A stretch of DNA of 63,227 nucleotides, filler included, from Octopus bimaculoides (Eukaryota): the NCBI RefSeq assembly GCF_001194135.2. It is 6 parts of 5 records of this genome, joined end to end, with 100 filler letters (N's around TTAATTAATTAA, not from the genome) between each part and the next. Parts side by side here need not be neighbours in the genome. Positions count along the whole stretch, not along the records: positions 23,943 to 53,818 come from NC_069007.1; 5 more parts are not named here. One strand, given 5' to 3'. Position numbers and translations under genes: made by a program. This document shows positions 27,844-40,651 of the stretch, piece by piece. The notes beneath the pieces are model-generated. The model did no database searches. It saw only the letters and a program-made list of their open reading frames with translations, and was not told the DNA's origin. The first letter of the stretch is position 1, and each line of letters starts with the position of its first letter.

Positions 27844-28951
27844 TGTGTGTGTGTGTGTGTTGACTGAGAGAGAGAGACAGACAGACAGAAAGAGAAAATT
27901 TAGAGAGAGAAACACATACACACATATTCATATACATACATATATTAAAATATATAAACATGTACCTATTCATATACACGTAAAAATGTTTATATATAAA
28001 TAAAAATACGTGTGTGTATAAATTATGTTTGCATGTAGAAACTATAAATCACAAGAAATATATATATATACGTGTGTGTATACACATGTATATATATATG
28101 TATATATATGTGTGCGCGTATATACATGTGTGTGTGTGTATATATATACATATATATATATATATACACACACATACATATATGTATACATATATATATG
28201 TATATATATATATACACACGCGCATACACATTCATATATGTGTATATTTTTATATATACATTGAGACATATAAAGATACATTTAAAGATATACAGATACG
28301 CATAGGGTTGTTAATTTTAAATTTGAAAATTTTATTGCTTTATTTCACATAAAAATAAAATTAATCTTTTTTAAAGCATAAAACATATTTAGAAATTTCA
28401 TATATCTTTTCCATCGTCATCAGTCAAAGGAATTTTTGATAATTCTTTATTAAATTTTTAAAAAATAATATCTAGAAATCACTTGAGTTTTAATTTATGA
28501 GACATATGTATAACGACTATTGTTTGTTCAACCAAACATCGTTCTGTAATTGCTTTGCAAAGCCACGATAACTAATATGATTCTAGGTGTAACTGGTAAT
28601 TAGCTACAAAATATATTTCTTGCATATCAAAATTGCATCACCGTTTATAAACGTAATGACGGCGGGTACGTTGAAAATTTCTATAAATATATTTATCATT
28701 TCTCTTGGTAGCCAAGCTTCTTGTCTTTCATGTCGTGGTTAAAGATAGAGTAAGTCGAACAACGCATTACATATTAATGTCGGTTGTTTGGTGACTGTTT
28801 TATTTCCTTACATTTTGTTCAAAATTGATCATTTGAAGATGTTTTAGATGTTTTTCGTTAAACAGGAATAGATTGCTGCAGTGAGTGACTAGACTTAGGT
28901 AATGCAAGCAAAGGGAAATGAGTAGAGAAATGTTATCGAACATGGTAATAT

Positions 28952-29575
28952 AAGGTGGTGAGCTAGCAGAATCGTTAGCACGCCGGACAAAATGCTTAAC
29001 GGTATTTCATCCGTCTTCACATTCTGAGTTCAAATTCCGCCGTGGTCATAGTTGCCTTTCATCCTTTCAGTGTCGATAAAATAAGTACCAGTTGAACACT
29101 GGGGTCGATGAAATCAACAAGCCCTCCACTCCAGAATTTCGGGCCTTGTTGTTGTTGGCACTCCGTCGCTTATGACGCCGAGGGTTCCAGTCGATCCGAT
29201 CAACAGAACAGCCTGCTCGTGAGATTAACGTGCAAGTGGCTGAGCCCTCCACAGACACGTGTACCCTTAACGTAGTTCTCGGGGATATTCAGCGTGACAC
29301 AGTGTGACAAGGCTGACCCTTTGAATTACAGGCACAACAGAAACAGGAAGTAAGAGTGAGAGAAAGTTGTGGTGAAAGAGTACAGCACGGTTCGTCACCA
29401 TCCCCTGCCGGAGCCTCGTGGAGCTTTAGGTGTTTTCGATCAATAAACACTCGCAACGCCCGGTCTGGGAATCGAAACCGCGATCCTATGACAGTGAGTC
29501 CGCTGCTCTAACCCCTGGGCCATTGCATCTCCACTTCGGGCCTAGTACCTCTAGTAGAAAGGAATATTAAGATGG
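28952..29575 (+). mobile_element. SINE family A, full length, interrupted by family D SINE
   Basis: Head AAGGTGGTGAGCTAGCAGAATCGTTAGC, core GCCTTTCATCCTTTC.G.GTCGATAAAATAAGTACCAG; tail resumes at 29535. Confidence 0.85.
29147..29534 (-). mobile_element. tRNA-derived SINE family D with (CAA)n tail, 9-bp TSD TTCGGGCCT
   Basis: Minus head GTGGAG..CAATGGCCCAG.GGTTAG..GGTTTCGATTCCCAGACC (A/B boxes); TSD at 29138-29146 and 29535-29543. Confidence 0.9.
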
Positions 29576-29761
29576 TAATACAGTGACTGACAGAGGCTGT
29601 AGGATCGAGAAATATGGCGTAGTTGCTTCTGTGCCTGCAAAACGTCAAGTAATGTATAAACTGTCAACTACAACGAAATGCGATAGAAACTACTTTCATT
29701 CGTTTACACTCTCGCTCGTGTGTATACATACATACATACATACATACATACATACATACAT

Positions 29762-30205
29762 GACGGCTTTCGCGTCGTGACCAAGAAAGACCATCGCTGA
29801 CCATTGTCTATGCAGAATGTCAGCAATTCCTGTGCATGAAGTTTTTGCACTCGCGATCGGCTTCATTCTCTCGCAGACCTCCATGCTTGCCGCGGCATCG
29901 TCCGACGCGATCGGGCATTGGAATGACGCCTCGATGGAGTTTGCACAACCTAAAATTTTAGGACCATTAAGGATTGTACAACACCTCACTGACCCTCTAC
30001 ATCCAACTGACATCCAGAAGCAAGCCAGGGCAAGAAAGCTTATGCCAATATGAGTTGCAGGTTAAGAAGTGTTGGAACTATGATCTCAGGCGCAAGCAAA
30101 AGATCCCTAAAACGTCCAGTTTTATATCAGGGTGACCTTTTCCTAGAAACATGCTTCGGCAAAAGCTGAGGGGTTCCTCACTCCCAGTGGTCTTCCAGCA
30201 TGCCA
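29762..30205 (+). mobile_element. RTE/BovB-like LINE 3' fragment between (CATA)n tracts
   Basis: Frameshifted C-x-SRIGLHSHRR-type terminal zinc finger at about 29845-29885, then 3' UTR. Confidence 0.45.
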
Positions 30206-30273
30206 GACCACAATTTCATACACACATACGAACATTTGTACATACATACATACATACATACACACATGCATAC

Positions 30274-30626
30274 ATGATGATGGCTGCCCTTTCGTTATCG
30301 AGTATGGCCATTGCATGAAGCTTAACTCAACGGTGCTGTGATTGAATGTGACTTTTTAGCCCAGCCAAAGATCTACAATGTCTTGCACAGAGTTGGCATC
30401 CAAAACCTTTCCTGACAATAGCTGGCTGTTGTTGTAACTGGGCTCCATGTACCATTGCGTGTCGTTTAAGTCCTCTTGCTGAATCACACTCCCTTCCACA
30501 TGCCCGACAGACAGGATTAGTATGGTGTGTAGCATCATCTCCAGCGGCCTGGTGGTCAATCATCGGTCTTGCTTTATGACTCCGAAGATGACTCATGAGT
30601 CCAGCTTTACTGAGTCACGGTCTTAT
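30274..30626 (-). mobile_element. RTE-clade LINE 3' fragment with tandem C2H2-like fingers
   Basis: ORF 30327-30596: CRACGRECDSARGLKRHAMVH and CQLCARHCRSLAGLKSHIQSQH; short UTR, then (ATG)/(TATG)n. Confidence 0.75.
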
Positions 30627-30794
30627 GCATGTATACATACATACATACATACATACATACATGCATGCATGCATACATACATACATATATGCATACATCC
30701 CTTGACCAAGTTTGCCTACATGAGGCTGATAACATCACAAGACTTAGAAAGCCGCTCCTTGAGCAGTATTCCTTGTAAGATGACCTTAAATATA

Positions 30795-31050
30795 TGCGTG
30801 TGGGTGCGTGGTTTAGTAATTAGGGTGTTGGGCTCATAGTCGTAAGATTGTAGTTTCCATTTATGTACCGGGTGACGTGTTGTGTTCTTGAGCAAAACAT
30901 TTCATTTCACGTGACTCCAGTCCATTAGGCTGGCCAAAATGAGTCATCCTGCGATGGGCTGGCGTCCCATCCAGGTGGGGCGCCATTCAACCGGAAAACC
31001 GGCCCTTATAAGTCGCCATGACTCGAGAAGGTAACTTTACCTTTACCTTT
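30795..31050 (+). mobile_element. CORE-related SINE with (TTTACC)n tail
   Basis: GTGTTGTGTTCTTGAGCAAAACA core, CCTGCGATGGGCTGGCGTCCCATCCAGG, ends CTTTACCTTTACC. Confidence 0.65.
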
Positions 31051-32120
31051 AAATACATGACCAAAGAAATCGCATGGCTCTACTGCAACATATCATCAGC
31101 AGAAGACCATGCATGGATATGTTAGCAGAAAGCTCCCGGATGATAGTAACATAGATCCTCAAAGCAGTCTATCATGGATCAACAGCCGGATTAGAACTCC
31201 CACTTTGAAGGATATGCTTTTGAAATCCAGGAACAGGAAATATCAACCGAATATTTGATGCAGAAAAGGTACAGAGACGCCGGAAAAGCACCAAAATGTG
31301 ATAACCGATGCAGACTTTGTGGAGTTAACACCGAAGATATCACTCACATCATAAGCAGTTTTCCGAAAATGTATTCACGGTATGAGACACGATGTTGTTG
31401 CTAGGACACTTTATAAAGAAATCCGTCGGAACGATAACAATGAAGCCAAAGAAATAAGAACCTACAGTGTGGCAGAAGCCATAGTCACTCATAATAAAAA
31501 GGAGTATTGGTGGAATGTTCTAGTGAAAACCTCAATATAATGTAAACATAAAATGTCTGACATAATGATTTGGAATAGAGAAGAGAAAATGTGTACAGTT
31601 GTGGAAATCAGCTGCACAGCAGATGTTAACATAAAGCTAAAGGTAAGCAGAGAAGAAAAAAAAACCTACACTGAGCTATTGAGAAATTTACAGTTACTCT
31701 ACCCAGATTAGAAGTTCAGGTTTATACCTGTAATTATTGAGGAATTGGGATGTGTAAAATATTGCCTAAATACCATTCTTGATAAATAAAGCTTCTCCAA
31801 ACCAGAAAGGAGAAAGCTGGTTTGAAGACTAAAGATCCAAGCCATCACTGGAACTGTAAAAATCTGTAAAACTTTCCAGAAGTTTATCATTTAACTATAT
31901 ATGTGCTTGTGTAGACATGTAACTATACGCATATCTAAAATAAAACGTAAACAAATTATGCACATGCAGTAACTCCAAATACTGCACATATACACACATA
32001 CATACAAAAATACTTTGTTGATGTTGAAATTCCAATGAATCTAGGCTAGAAACCGATTCATTCTCTATGGGCATGAAATCTTGAAGTCAACTGAATAATG
32101 ACTGACATACATGCATACAT
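31051..32120 (+). mobile_element. R4/Dong-like RLE LINE 3' fragment (CCHC plus endonuclease) with (CATA)n tail
   Basis: FEGYAFEIQEQEISTEY, CRLCGVNTEDITHIISS, EYWWNV..K, GTVKICKTFQKFII* (31892-31894); UTR ends GACTGACATACATGCATAC. Confidence 0.85.
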
Positions 32121-32289
32121 TCAATGTATTTATATATATACATTTCTAAATGTGTGTGCGAGTGTGAATGTGTGCGCGCGGAAGTGTATCTGAAAAATAC
32201 ATGCAAAGAGTACGTTTTCAAAGCGGGAATGTGTACATATGGAAATACATAAAAACAGATACTATACAAATATAAATATATATTTGAAT

Positions 32290-32336
<47 letters not shown>

Positions 32337-33021
32337 NNNNNNNNNNNNNNNNNNNNNNNNNNNNNNNNNNNNNNNNNNNNNNNNNNNNNNNNNNNNNNNN
32401 NNNNNNNNNNNNNNNNNNNNNNNNNNNNNNNNNNNNNNNNNNNNNNNNNNNNNNNNNNNNNNNNNNNNNNNNNNNNNNNNNNNNNNNNNNNNNNNNNNNN
32501 NNNNNNNNNNNNNNNNNNNNNNNNNNNNNNNNNNNNNNNNNNNNNNNNNNNNNNNNNNNNNNNNNNNNNNNNNNNNNNNNNNNNNNNNNNNNNNNNNNNN
32601 NNNNNNNNNNNNNNNNNNNNNNNNNNNNNNNNNNNNNNNNNNNNNNNNNNNNNNNNNNNNNNNNNNNNNNNNNNNNNNNNNNNNNNNNNNNNNNNNNNNN
32701 NNNNNNNNNNNNNNNNNNNNNNNNNNNNNNNNNNNNNNNNNNNNNNNNNNNNNNNNNNNNNNNNNNNNNNNNNNNNNNNNNNNNNNNNNNNNNNNNNNNN
32801 NNNNNNNNNNNNNNNNNNNNNNNNNNNNNNNNNNNNNNNNNNNNNNNNNNNNNNNNNNNNNNNNNNNNNNNNNNNNNNNNNNNNNNNNNNNNNNNNNNNN
32901 NNNNNNNNNNNNNNNNNNNNNNNNNNNNNNNNNNNNNNNNNNNNNNNNNNNNNNNNNNNNNNNNNNNNNNNNNNNNNNNNNNNNNNNNNNNNNNNNNNNN
33001 NNNNNNNNNNNNNNNNNNNNN

Positions 33022-33084
<63 letters not shown>

Positions 33085-33095
<11 letters not shown>

Positions 33096-33172
33096 CAGTA
33101 TTTATTCAGTTGACTTCAAGATTTCATGCCCATAGAGAATGAATCGGTTTTTAACCTAGATTCATCGGAATA
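33085..33172 (-). mobile_element. Inverted copy of the 3' terminal ~80 bp of the 31051-32120 LINE
   Basis: Reverse complement matches 32029-32109 with about 5 mismatches; (TATG)n tail on its left. Confidence 0.85.
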
Positions 33173-35669
33173 TACATCCACAAACACATATATAGATAAC
33201 TGTTTCTATGCACATATAATAAACACGCATGCATCTTCATGCCCATATGCATTGCACACATACACATTGAAACAAATTGTGGTTTCATGAAAATAGACAA
33301 CCGTGAAATATATGCAACTATTTTGCATTGGTTTATAATGGACAGTTACAGGAATTACACAATTACACAAATATTTACATGTATACATAGGTACATATAT
33401 GCATATATTCATCCATCTATACATACTTTGTACATAAACGCATGCACACATATATGGATACACGTTGGTGTACGCATGTATACATATACATACATGTGGA
33501 TACATAAGTGCATACACACACACACACGCACACACACACACACATGTAAATGACTGTCATAGATACCAATTGTTATTCCAAATCCTGCAATGTTTGTCGA
33601 TTTCCTGAAGACATTGAAAAAGATAACCAGCTCAGAACTGTCATAGAAAGTAATCAATAAGACTACGAACAAGCCTTCGTCCCCATCACCATTGTCACGC
33701 AACTCTTATATAACGTCTTTGTACGAATATGATCCGACAGAGATCAACGAAGTTTACGGATATAAATAAAAAAATTGTAAATAAAAGCGTTTAAAAACCA
33801 CAGTTTGGAAACTAAAATTTTCAATTTCTCTAAACAGCCATTAAAAATGGTATCATTTTTAACGGATGTAGGGGTGTGTTTCGTGTACATCTGTAGTTTC
33901 CAACCATTTTTTTTTGGTGGGACCCCATTTCCATCAGTTGTTTAAAAACTAGTTTTAAAGACACTTCTAGAATTCTTATTTTGTTTTGCGCCTATTCACG
34001 TCTATAGGTTTGCTATCGCACTCTCCAAGAGAACACGTTTCAGTGGCTGGAAATATGTTTAAAGAAACCTAGCTGGTTCTAGCAAAATTTTTTCACAGAC
34101 TCTTAAAATACTCCCGTGGGTCTCCAGCATATTATTTTGCTTGAGTGGACCACTCAAAATCTGATATGGACCGTAAGGGGTCATATAGTTGAGAACCAGT
34201 TGTGTCCCCGGTTGAGAACCATTGGCGTAAATAAATATTGAGTGTCGTCTGCTGTCAGTCAAATATCGTCTACCAAGTAGGGACAGCAGAAGTAAATACA
34301 TAAAGGAAGGAACCAGTTAACAAGAGAGAGTACAATGTCCTACGAGGAGCCTGTTAACACTTCAAGGAATACTCACTTCCTGAAGGGTTCTTATTCGATT
34401 TTACACTGACTGAACTAGAATACTTTAATAAGAACGTGGAAGAGAACCAACCGACTTGAAACAAAACCTGACATTTGCCCTAGAACAATTCGGCGATACT
34501 GAGGGTGTATATGCATTTATTTCTGCATGCACGTATATGTGTGTGTGTGTGTGTAACTAAAGAATATATATATATGCTTGTTTCTTTCTTTTCTTCTCTG
34601 TCTGTCTATCTATATATCTATCTATGATTCTCTTATATATATATATATATATATATNNNNNNNNNNNNNNNNNNNNNNNNNNNNNNNNNNNNNNNNNNNN
34701 NNNNNNNNNNNNNNNNNNNNNNNNNNNNNNNNNNNNNNNNNNNNNNNNNNNNNNNNNNNNNNNNNNNNNNNNNNNNNNNNNNNNNNNNNNNNNNNNNNNN
34801 NNNNNNNNNNNNNNNNNNNNNNNNNNNNNNNNNNNNNNNNNNNNNNNNNNNNNNNNNNNNNNNNNNNNNNNNNNNNNNNNNNNNNNNNNNNNNNNNNNNN
34901 NNNNNNNNNNNNNNNNNNNNNNNNNNNNNNNNNNNNNNNNNNNNNNNNNNNNNNNNNNNNNNNNNNNNNNNNNNNNNNNNNNNNNNNNNNNNNNNNNNNN
35001 NNNNNNNNNNNNNNNNNNNNNNNNNNNNNNNNNNNNNNNNNNNNNNNNNNNNNNNNNNNNNNNNNNNNNNNNNNNNNNNNNNNNNNNNNNNNNNNNNNNN
35101 NNNNNNNNNNNNNNNNNNNNNNNNNNNNNNNNNNNNNNNNNNNNNNNNNNNNNNNNNNNNNNNNNNNNNNNNNNNNNNNNNNNNNNNNNNNNNNNNNNNN
35201 NNNNNNNNNNNNNNNNNNNNNNNNNNNNNNNNNNNNNNNNNNNNNNNNNNNNNNNNNNNNNNNNNNNNNNNNNNNNNNNNNNNNNNNNNNNNNNNNNNNN
35301 NNNNNNNNNNNNNNNNNNNNNNNNNNNNNNNNNNNNNNNNNNNNNNNNNNNNNNNNNNNNNNNNNNNNNNNNNNNNNNNNNNNNNNNNNNNNNNNNNNNN
35401 NNNNNNNNNNNNNNNNNNNNNNNNNNNNNNNNNNNNNNNNNNNNNNNNNNNNNNNNNNNNNNNNNNNNNNNNNNNNNNNNNNNNNNNNNNNNNNNNNNNN
35501 NNNNNNNNNNNNNNNNNNNNNNNNNNNNNNNNNNNNAAACATTTTCAATGATTCTGCTACTATTTCAGTTGACAGAATGGATTTACCAAAATAATGTATA
35601 TTTAATCAGAACAGAAAAAATTTAGAGGCCAGTAAGGTTTTTACGTAGGGGAAGGAATAAGCAAACTTT

Positions 35670-36038
35670 AGTGACCCACTCATCCCCACTTCTAACAATA
35701 AAGAAAGCCAAGGCTCCGTTAGTTTTGGATATATCTATCAAAGAGTTGTTTATTGTCTACTGATAAGTGGTAAGAAAATGATTTGTGGTCAGATCGACCT
35801 ACTAAATTATCTAGGTTATTTGTGATGGAATCAATTGACAAACTTTATCTCTACTATCAGACAAACCAGAGGGAAGTAATAGGGGAGTCCTGTCAAGTAG
35901 CAGAGATAAAGCTTGGGAATTGGTTCCATTACAAATGACCTTTATAATATAGTAGGTTGATCTGACCGCAAATCATTTTCATATCAGTAGACAATAAACA
36001 ACTCTTCTATTTTTAGAAGTGGGGATAATTGGGTCACT
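35670..36038. repeat. ~370-bp imperfect inverted repeat (foldback/MITE-like)
   Basis: Paired blocks: AGTGACCCA..CCCCACTTCTAA, AAGAGTTGTTTATTGTCTACTGATA, GAAAATGATTTGTGGTCAGATCGACCTACT, AGGTTATTTGTGATGGAATCAATT. Confidence 0.9.
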
Positions 36039-36271
36039 GAAGATCATGTATATTGTTCATGTATAATAATATCCCATTCCTTTCGACTGGTATTGGGCAT
36101 GATTTTTGGGTGCGGAAGTTCTTTGTAAGGAAAGGTAGATATAAAGTCACAAAATTTATCTAAAGCATTATTCTTACCTTTCGTAGGCTTGTGATCGCTA
36201 TTATTTCTAACAGTTGATTCGTCCTTGTTTTCTTTTTCTTACCATTCCTCTGTTAGGCGTAGTTTCCTGCA

Positions 36272-36475
36272 GAAATTATTATACGTGAACTGAAAAATAA
36301 TAACGACATAATAATTAAAGAAGCAGATAAGGGAAGTATAGTTATTATGGATATTCAACACTACAAAAGAGATATAGTGTCTATATTACAAGATATGACC
36401 AACTACGAAAAATTAAATAATTACGAAAAATCAAAGACAATAACTAAACTGAACACACTCATTCACTGTCCTGTT
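36272..36475 (+). mobile_element. Penelope-like element RT N-terminal fragment
   Basis: ELKNNNDIIIKEADKGSIVIMDIQHYKRDIVSILQD matches the PLE motif L...DIVIK.ADKG..VV+MD...Y. Confidence 0.7.
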
Positions 36476-37182
36476 TGTGTTACCAATTTTGACCCTCCGC
36501 TAAATACCAAATTTTATTTAATTTGCTTTGCGGCAGCATATATATATATGCATATATATATATATTTATATAAATGCATATATATATATGCATATATATA
36601 TATATATAAATGCATATATATATATACATATATATATATANNNNNNNNNNNNNNNNNNNNNNNNNNNNNNNNNNNNNNNNNNNNNNNNNNNNNNNNNNNN
36701 NNNNNNNNNNNNNNNNNNNNNNNNNNNNNNNNNNNNNNNNTCTTAACCATCATCAACTCAAGCAACGTTTTAACCATCACCACTGCAAACTCCACCTTCA
36801 TTACTGCCACCACCACCACCAACAACAACACCACTACTATCATCACCACGACCACCACCATCTCCATTCTATATCAAGAGCTATATTTGTCTGGAGACTA
36901 CAACACTCTGTATAACATACAAAACCGATGAGGGAGCTTACATGTGGTTGTCCGGCTAGCTAGAAATAATAGCCAAATATTTCTGAAATCACACACCCTA
37001 GTGTCTAGTGCATTAGAGTTTAAATTCAAGAAAGGATAGTTTAAATAATGCTTTTCTATATAGATGAGGCAGCCACGGTTGGTTTGATTATAGAGCGTGA
37101 CCGATTGCTGTTCGATTAAGACCATTGGTCAAATCTAGTTGCTTGTGAAAGTCGATTATTGAGTTTTGTATAGCTTGACATT

Positions 37183-37219
<37 letters not shown>

Positions 37220-37279
37220 ATGTGCATAAATAATATATGGATATATAGGCACGCACGTTCGTATGTATGTATGTGTATA

Positions 37280-37324
<45 letters not shown>

Positions 37325-37702
37325 TTTATCATAGAGCTTATATTTTATATCTGTTTCAACCATTAGACTGCGGCCATGCTGGGGCACCACCTTGAAGAAT
37401 TTTAATCGAAATTATCGACTTCAGTACTTATTGTATCGGTCTTTTTTTTACNNNNNNNNNNNNNNNNNNNNNNNNNNNNNNNNNNNNNNNNNNNNNNNNN
37501 NNNNNNNNNNNNNNNNNNNNNNNNNNNNNNNNNNNNNNNNNNNNNNNNNNNNNNNNNNNNNNNNNNNNNNNNNNNNNNNNNNNNNNNNNNNNNNNNNNNN
37601 NNNNNNNNNNNNNNNNNNNNNNNNNNNNNNNNNNNNNNNNNNNNNNNNNNNNNNNNNNNNNNNNNNNNNNNNNNNNNNNNNNNNNNNNNNNNNNNATATA
37701 TA

Positions 37703-37830
37703 CATACATAGTTGAAATTTACAGAAAAACAAAAGATGAAAACAGGTGTATAAACAACAAACAGGTGTACAAACAACAAACAGGTGTATAAACAACAAAC
37801 AGGTGTATAAACAACAAACAGGTGTACTAG
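37703..37830 (-). repeat. Truncated copy of the 52612/55937 repeat with 4-5 tandem 20-bp units AACAGGTGTATAAACAACAA
   Basis: Unit is the reverse complement of TTGTTGTTTATACACC seen once in the plus-strand copies; shared end GTAAATT(T/C)(C/T)CA.CTAT. Confidence 0.75.
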
Positions 37831-37834
37831 TTTA

Positions 37835-38820
37835 ACACTCGGGAAGGTTAGTAAGAGTGACTGTCTGTGTAACTGATGGCATATCCGGAAGAGCTATCAT
37901 AAACAGCAGCGACCCCAAGACAGTTTCCTGAGCCAACCTTCGCGCTATTATTGTCTCCTTGAGAGGGTCCCATTGGCTGCCACAGCCTGGTTTTTTTTCT
38001 TTTAAGAAGTCATGTAACCACTCTCCCAGTTTTCCCACTATGCCGAGACTCCATACCTTGTGATATATCATTCCATGAGCAAACTTATCAAAGGCCTCTG
38101 GAAAGTCAAAATATATCATATCCACTTTTGAGTGATTCGTTAGTTGTTTCAATACCTTGTCATGATGCTGCAGAAGCTGTGTAAGCAGCTTATTTTTGAG
38201 CAGAGGCCATGTTGGGTGTCAGAGAGCTAGTCATTAAATTCTAGGAACTTGATCAGTTTCCTCCTGACAATGTATTCCATGTTGTTGCTGACATGTGAGG
38301 TTAGAGAGATAAGTCTATAATTTTTAGCATCCACTCTGCTGCCTCTTTTATGGGTAGGACATATATCTTCCTTTAACTTTCTGGGAAGTCTCCAATTTGC
38401 AGAGAAAGCCATGGAAGAGGATCTGTAGTGGTCTTCCTAGAAGCCCTCTGCATTTCTTTTGGAAGGTTACTGGGAATCTATCAGGGATTGTGGCTGAGTT
38501 TAAACTCGTTTCATGGATTATATTAGATCAGTTTCTTCTATGCCGATGTAATTAATAATTGTCATCTCTTTGTGTACAGCGATGGTACCAAAGATTTCAT
38601 TAGACATAGCTATTTGCAAGTGTCCCAGCGGAGTTCAGAATGCATTTTTGTATTGCACATTCAGTTTTTCACTCATTCCCTGGGATTCTGGAGTCAATGA
38701 GTCATTTTCTCCGAACAGTCGCTCTATATTGTACTGTACTAAAGCAGACTCCTCTGTAAATCTCTCTCTCTCTCCCCTCTCTCCCTCTCTATATATAATT
38801 ATTTGCAGGATCCGATAGAA
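37835..38820 (-). mobile_element. CR1-clade LINE RT fragment
   Basis: KRGSRVDAKNYRLISLTSHV, VDMIYFDFPEAFDK..HG..LGIVGKLGEWLHDFL, QETVLGSLLFMIALPDM. Confidence 0.85.
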
Positions 38821-39394
38821 ACGATGTATTTTAATAATATGGACACCAAGATAGAGTCAAGGACAGCATACCCGTGTATCAACATACTTACTAGAGTGTA
38901 TACGGATTTGTCCTTCTAATTACGCCTACATCTACAAGTACAGACCAAATTCACTCAACAGATATGTAAAATCACACGAGAGTATATTACGGCATGCAAT
39001 CCATGGTCCACTGTTGGCTCAAGGGCCAATGCAGGGAAGATTCCAAGTGTGATGTATTACAAATAATAAATAGGCTGAGATTCACTACAGCTGTTTCAAA
39101 CGTGTTTTTTGTTGATGAACAAATCATGTAAAAAAAAAACATTTTCTTCAGGTGAATTAAAATTGATATAAAATATAACATTTAGGATTTCTTATTCAAA
39201 AATTATGAATGCATATTGATATTAGCAACAGAAGCAGTATTAGTTCAAAATAGCATTCCGCATATCATACTCAACTGAGATATCTTGCAGAAAACATTAA
39301 AACTGTGGTATTTCTCTTACGAAGGTTTCTCATATAGATGTATAGTGATAAACTGTACAAAGACACAGACATGCAGCAGGCGAGTGGTGGTGCA

Positions 39395-39720
39395 GGTGAT
39401 GACGACGACGACGAAGAAGACAAGGATAACGATGACGATGATGATGTTGACGACAATGATGATGATGATGATGACGATGGTTGTGGTGATGATGATGATG
39501 ATGACGATGACAACGACGGCAATGATAACGATGACGATGATGATGTTGACGACAATGATGATGATGATGATGACGATGGTTGTGGTGGTGATGATGATGA
39601 TGGTGGTGGTAGTGATGATGATGATGATGATGATGACGATGATGATAACGATGGTTATGATCATTAGGATGACGACGATGATGAAGGCGATAACGATGAT
39701 GATGTTGAAGATGATGATTT
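39395..39720. repeat. (GAT/GAC)n microsatellite containing a ~63-bp block repeated at 99-bp spacing
   Basis: GATAACGATGACGATGATGATGTTGACGACAATGAT..GGTTGTGGTG at 39425 and 39524. Confidence 0.85.
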
Positions 39721-40323
39721 ATCACAGTTATATAAATTGTGTTTTGTTATGTTTTTGTTTCTCTTTTTTGTAATTTATGAAGAAATTTGCACTGAATATT
39801 TTTCACCGTTGTTTTCATCATGATGGTGGTGATGGTGATGGTGATATGATGGAGATGGCAATAGTTTGGTTGTCTTATTAATATTTATATTAATTATTCC
39901 TCTCAGTTACTCACGCACTAATACACACACACATATACACACACACAGATATACACACACACATATATTGCAAGAGAACAATAAATACCAAGTTTATTAA
40001 TATTAATATTATTTAGCTTGTTTTTTTTAATTTTTGTGTCTATTTTAAGCAAAATAATTAAAGGATGAGCGAGAGGAAGCGAATTAACTTCCATCTTATT
40101 AGAAATCTGCAAAAGAGCGTCTTGTTGCCAAGAGAAACTTTGCAAATACTATTTTAAACGCTATCGGTGTTTGGTGGTGCACGACTGGCATACAACTCAT
40201 AGTAATATATTAAACCGTGTTGCATAAAAGTCCTTATTATTATTATTATTACTACTACTACTACTTCTTATTTCGTTACTTTATATAATAATAATAATAA
40301 TATTAATAATAATAATAATAATT

Positions 40324-40651
40324 ACAGCGAAACAGGCTGATTACTACCTAGCTCAGATACCAGGAAACCCCAAAATGGCTGAAGTTCAAAAGATAGTGCT
40401 CATGGGAACTGCCCATATCCTACGTAAAATACTGTCTATGTGATCTCAAATTTTAAAGCAAACATAATTTTCTTATGGTTTCTTAAACATTCACTAGAAC
40501 AAAACTGTACAAATCCAAATATATGGTACCCTAGGCATAACACCTACATGAACTTCTAACTTGTTGTCTCTTGAGGTCTCTGGGTGAGACTTGGATCCAA
40601 CTTGTACAAATGCAAAACAAAAGTCAAACATAAAATAATAATAATAATAAT
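40324..40651 (+). mobile_element. R4/Dong-like 3' fragment A between (TAA)n tracts
   Basis: YYLAQIPGNPKMAEVQKIVLMGTAHILRKILSM* (40441-40443), UTR, then (TAA)n. Confidence 0.8.

Noticed and set aside
28712-28749. Plus-strand 38-nt micro-exon with AG and GTAAGT
   Set aside because: Isolated, with no partner exons or recognisable peptide; expected by chance at this scale.
33600-33660. Second Penelope RT piece (IEKDNQL)
   Set aside because: The motif is too short and surrounding residues do not fit.
37740-37825. CRISPR-like short repeats
   Set aside because: Units are contiguous with no spacers, there are no cas genes, and the context is eukaryotic.
39338-39667. Asp-rich biomineralisation-like protein
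   Set aside because: It lies wholly in a GAT microsatellite; other frames and the opposite strand are equally open, and there is no signal peptide or clear splice context.
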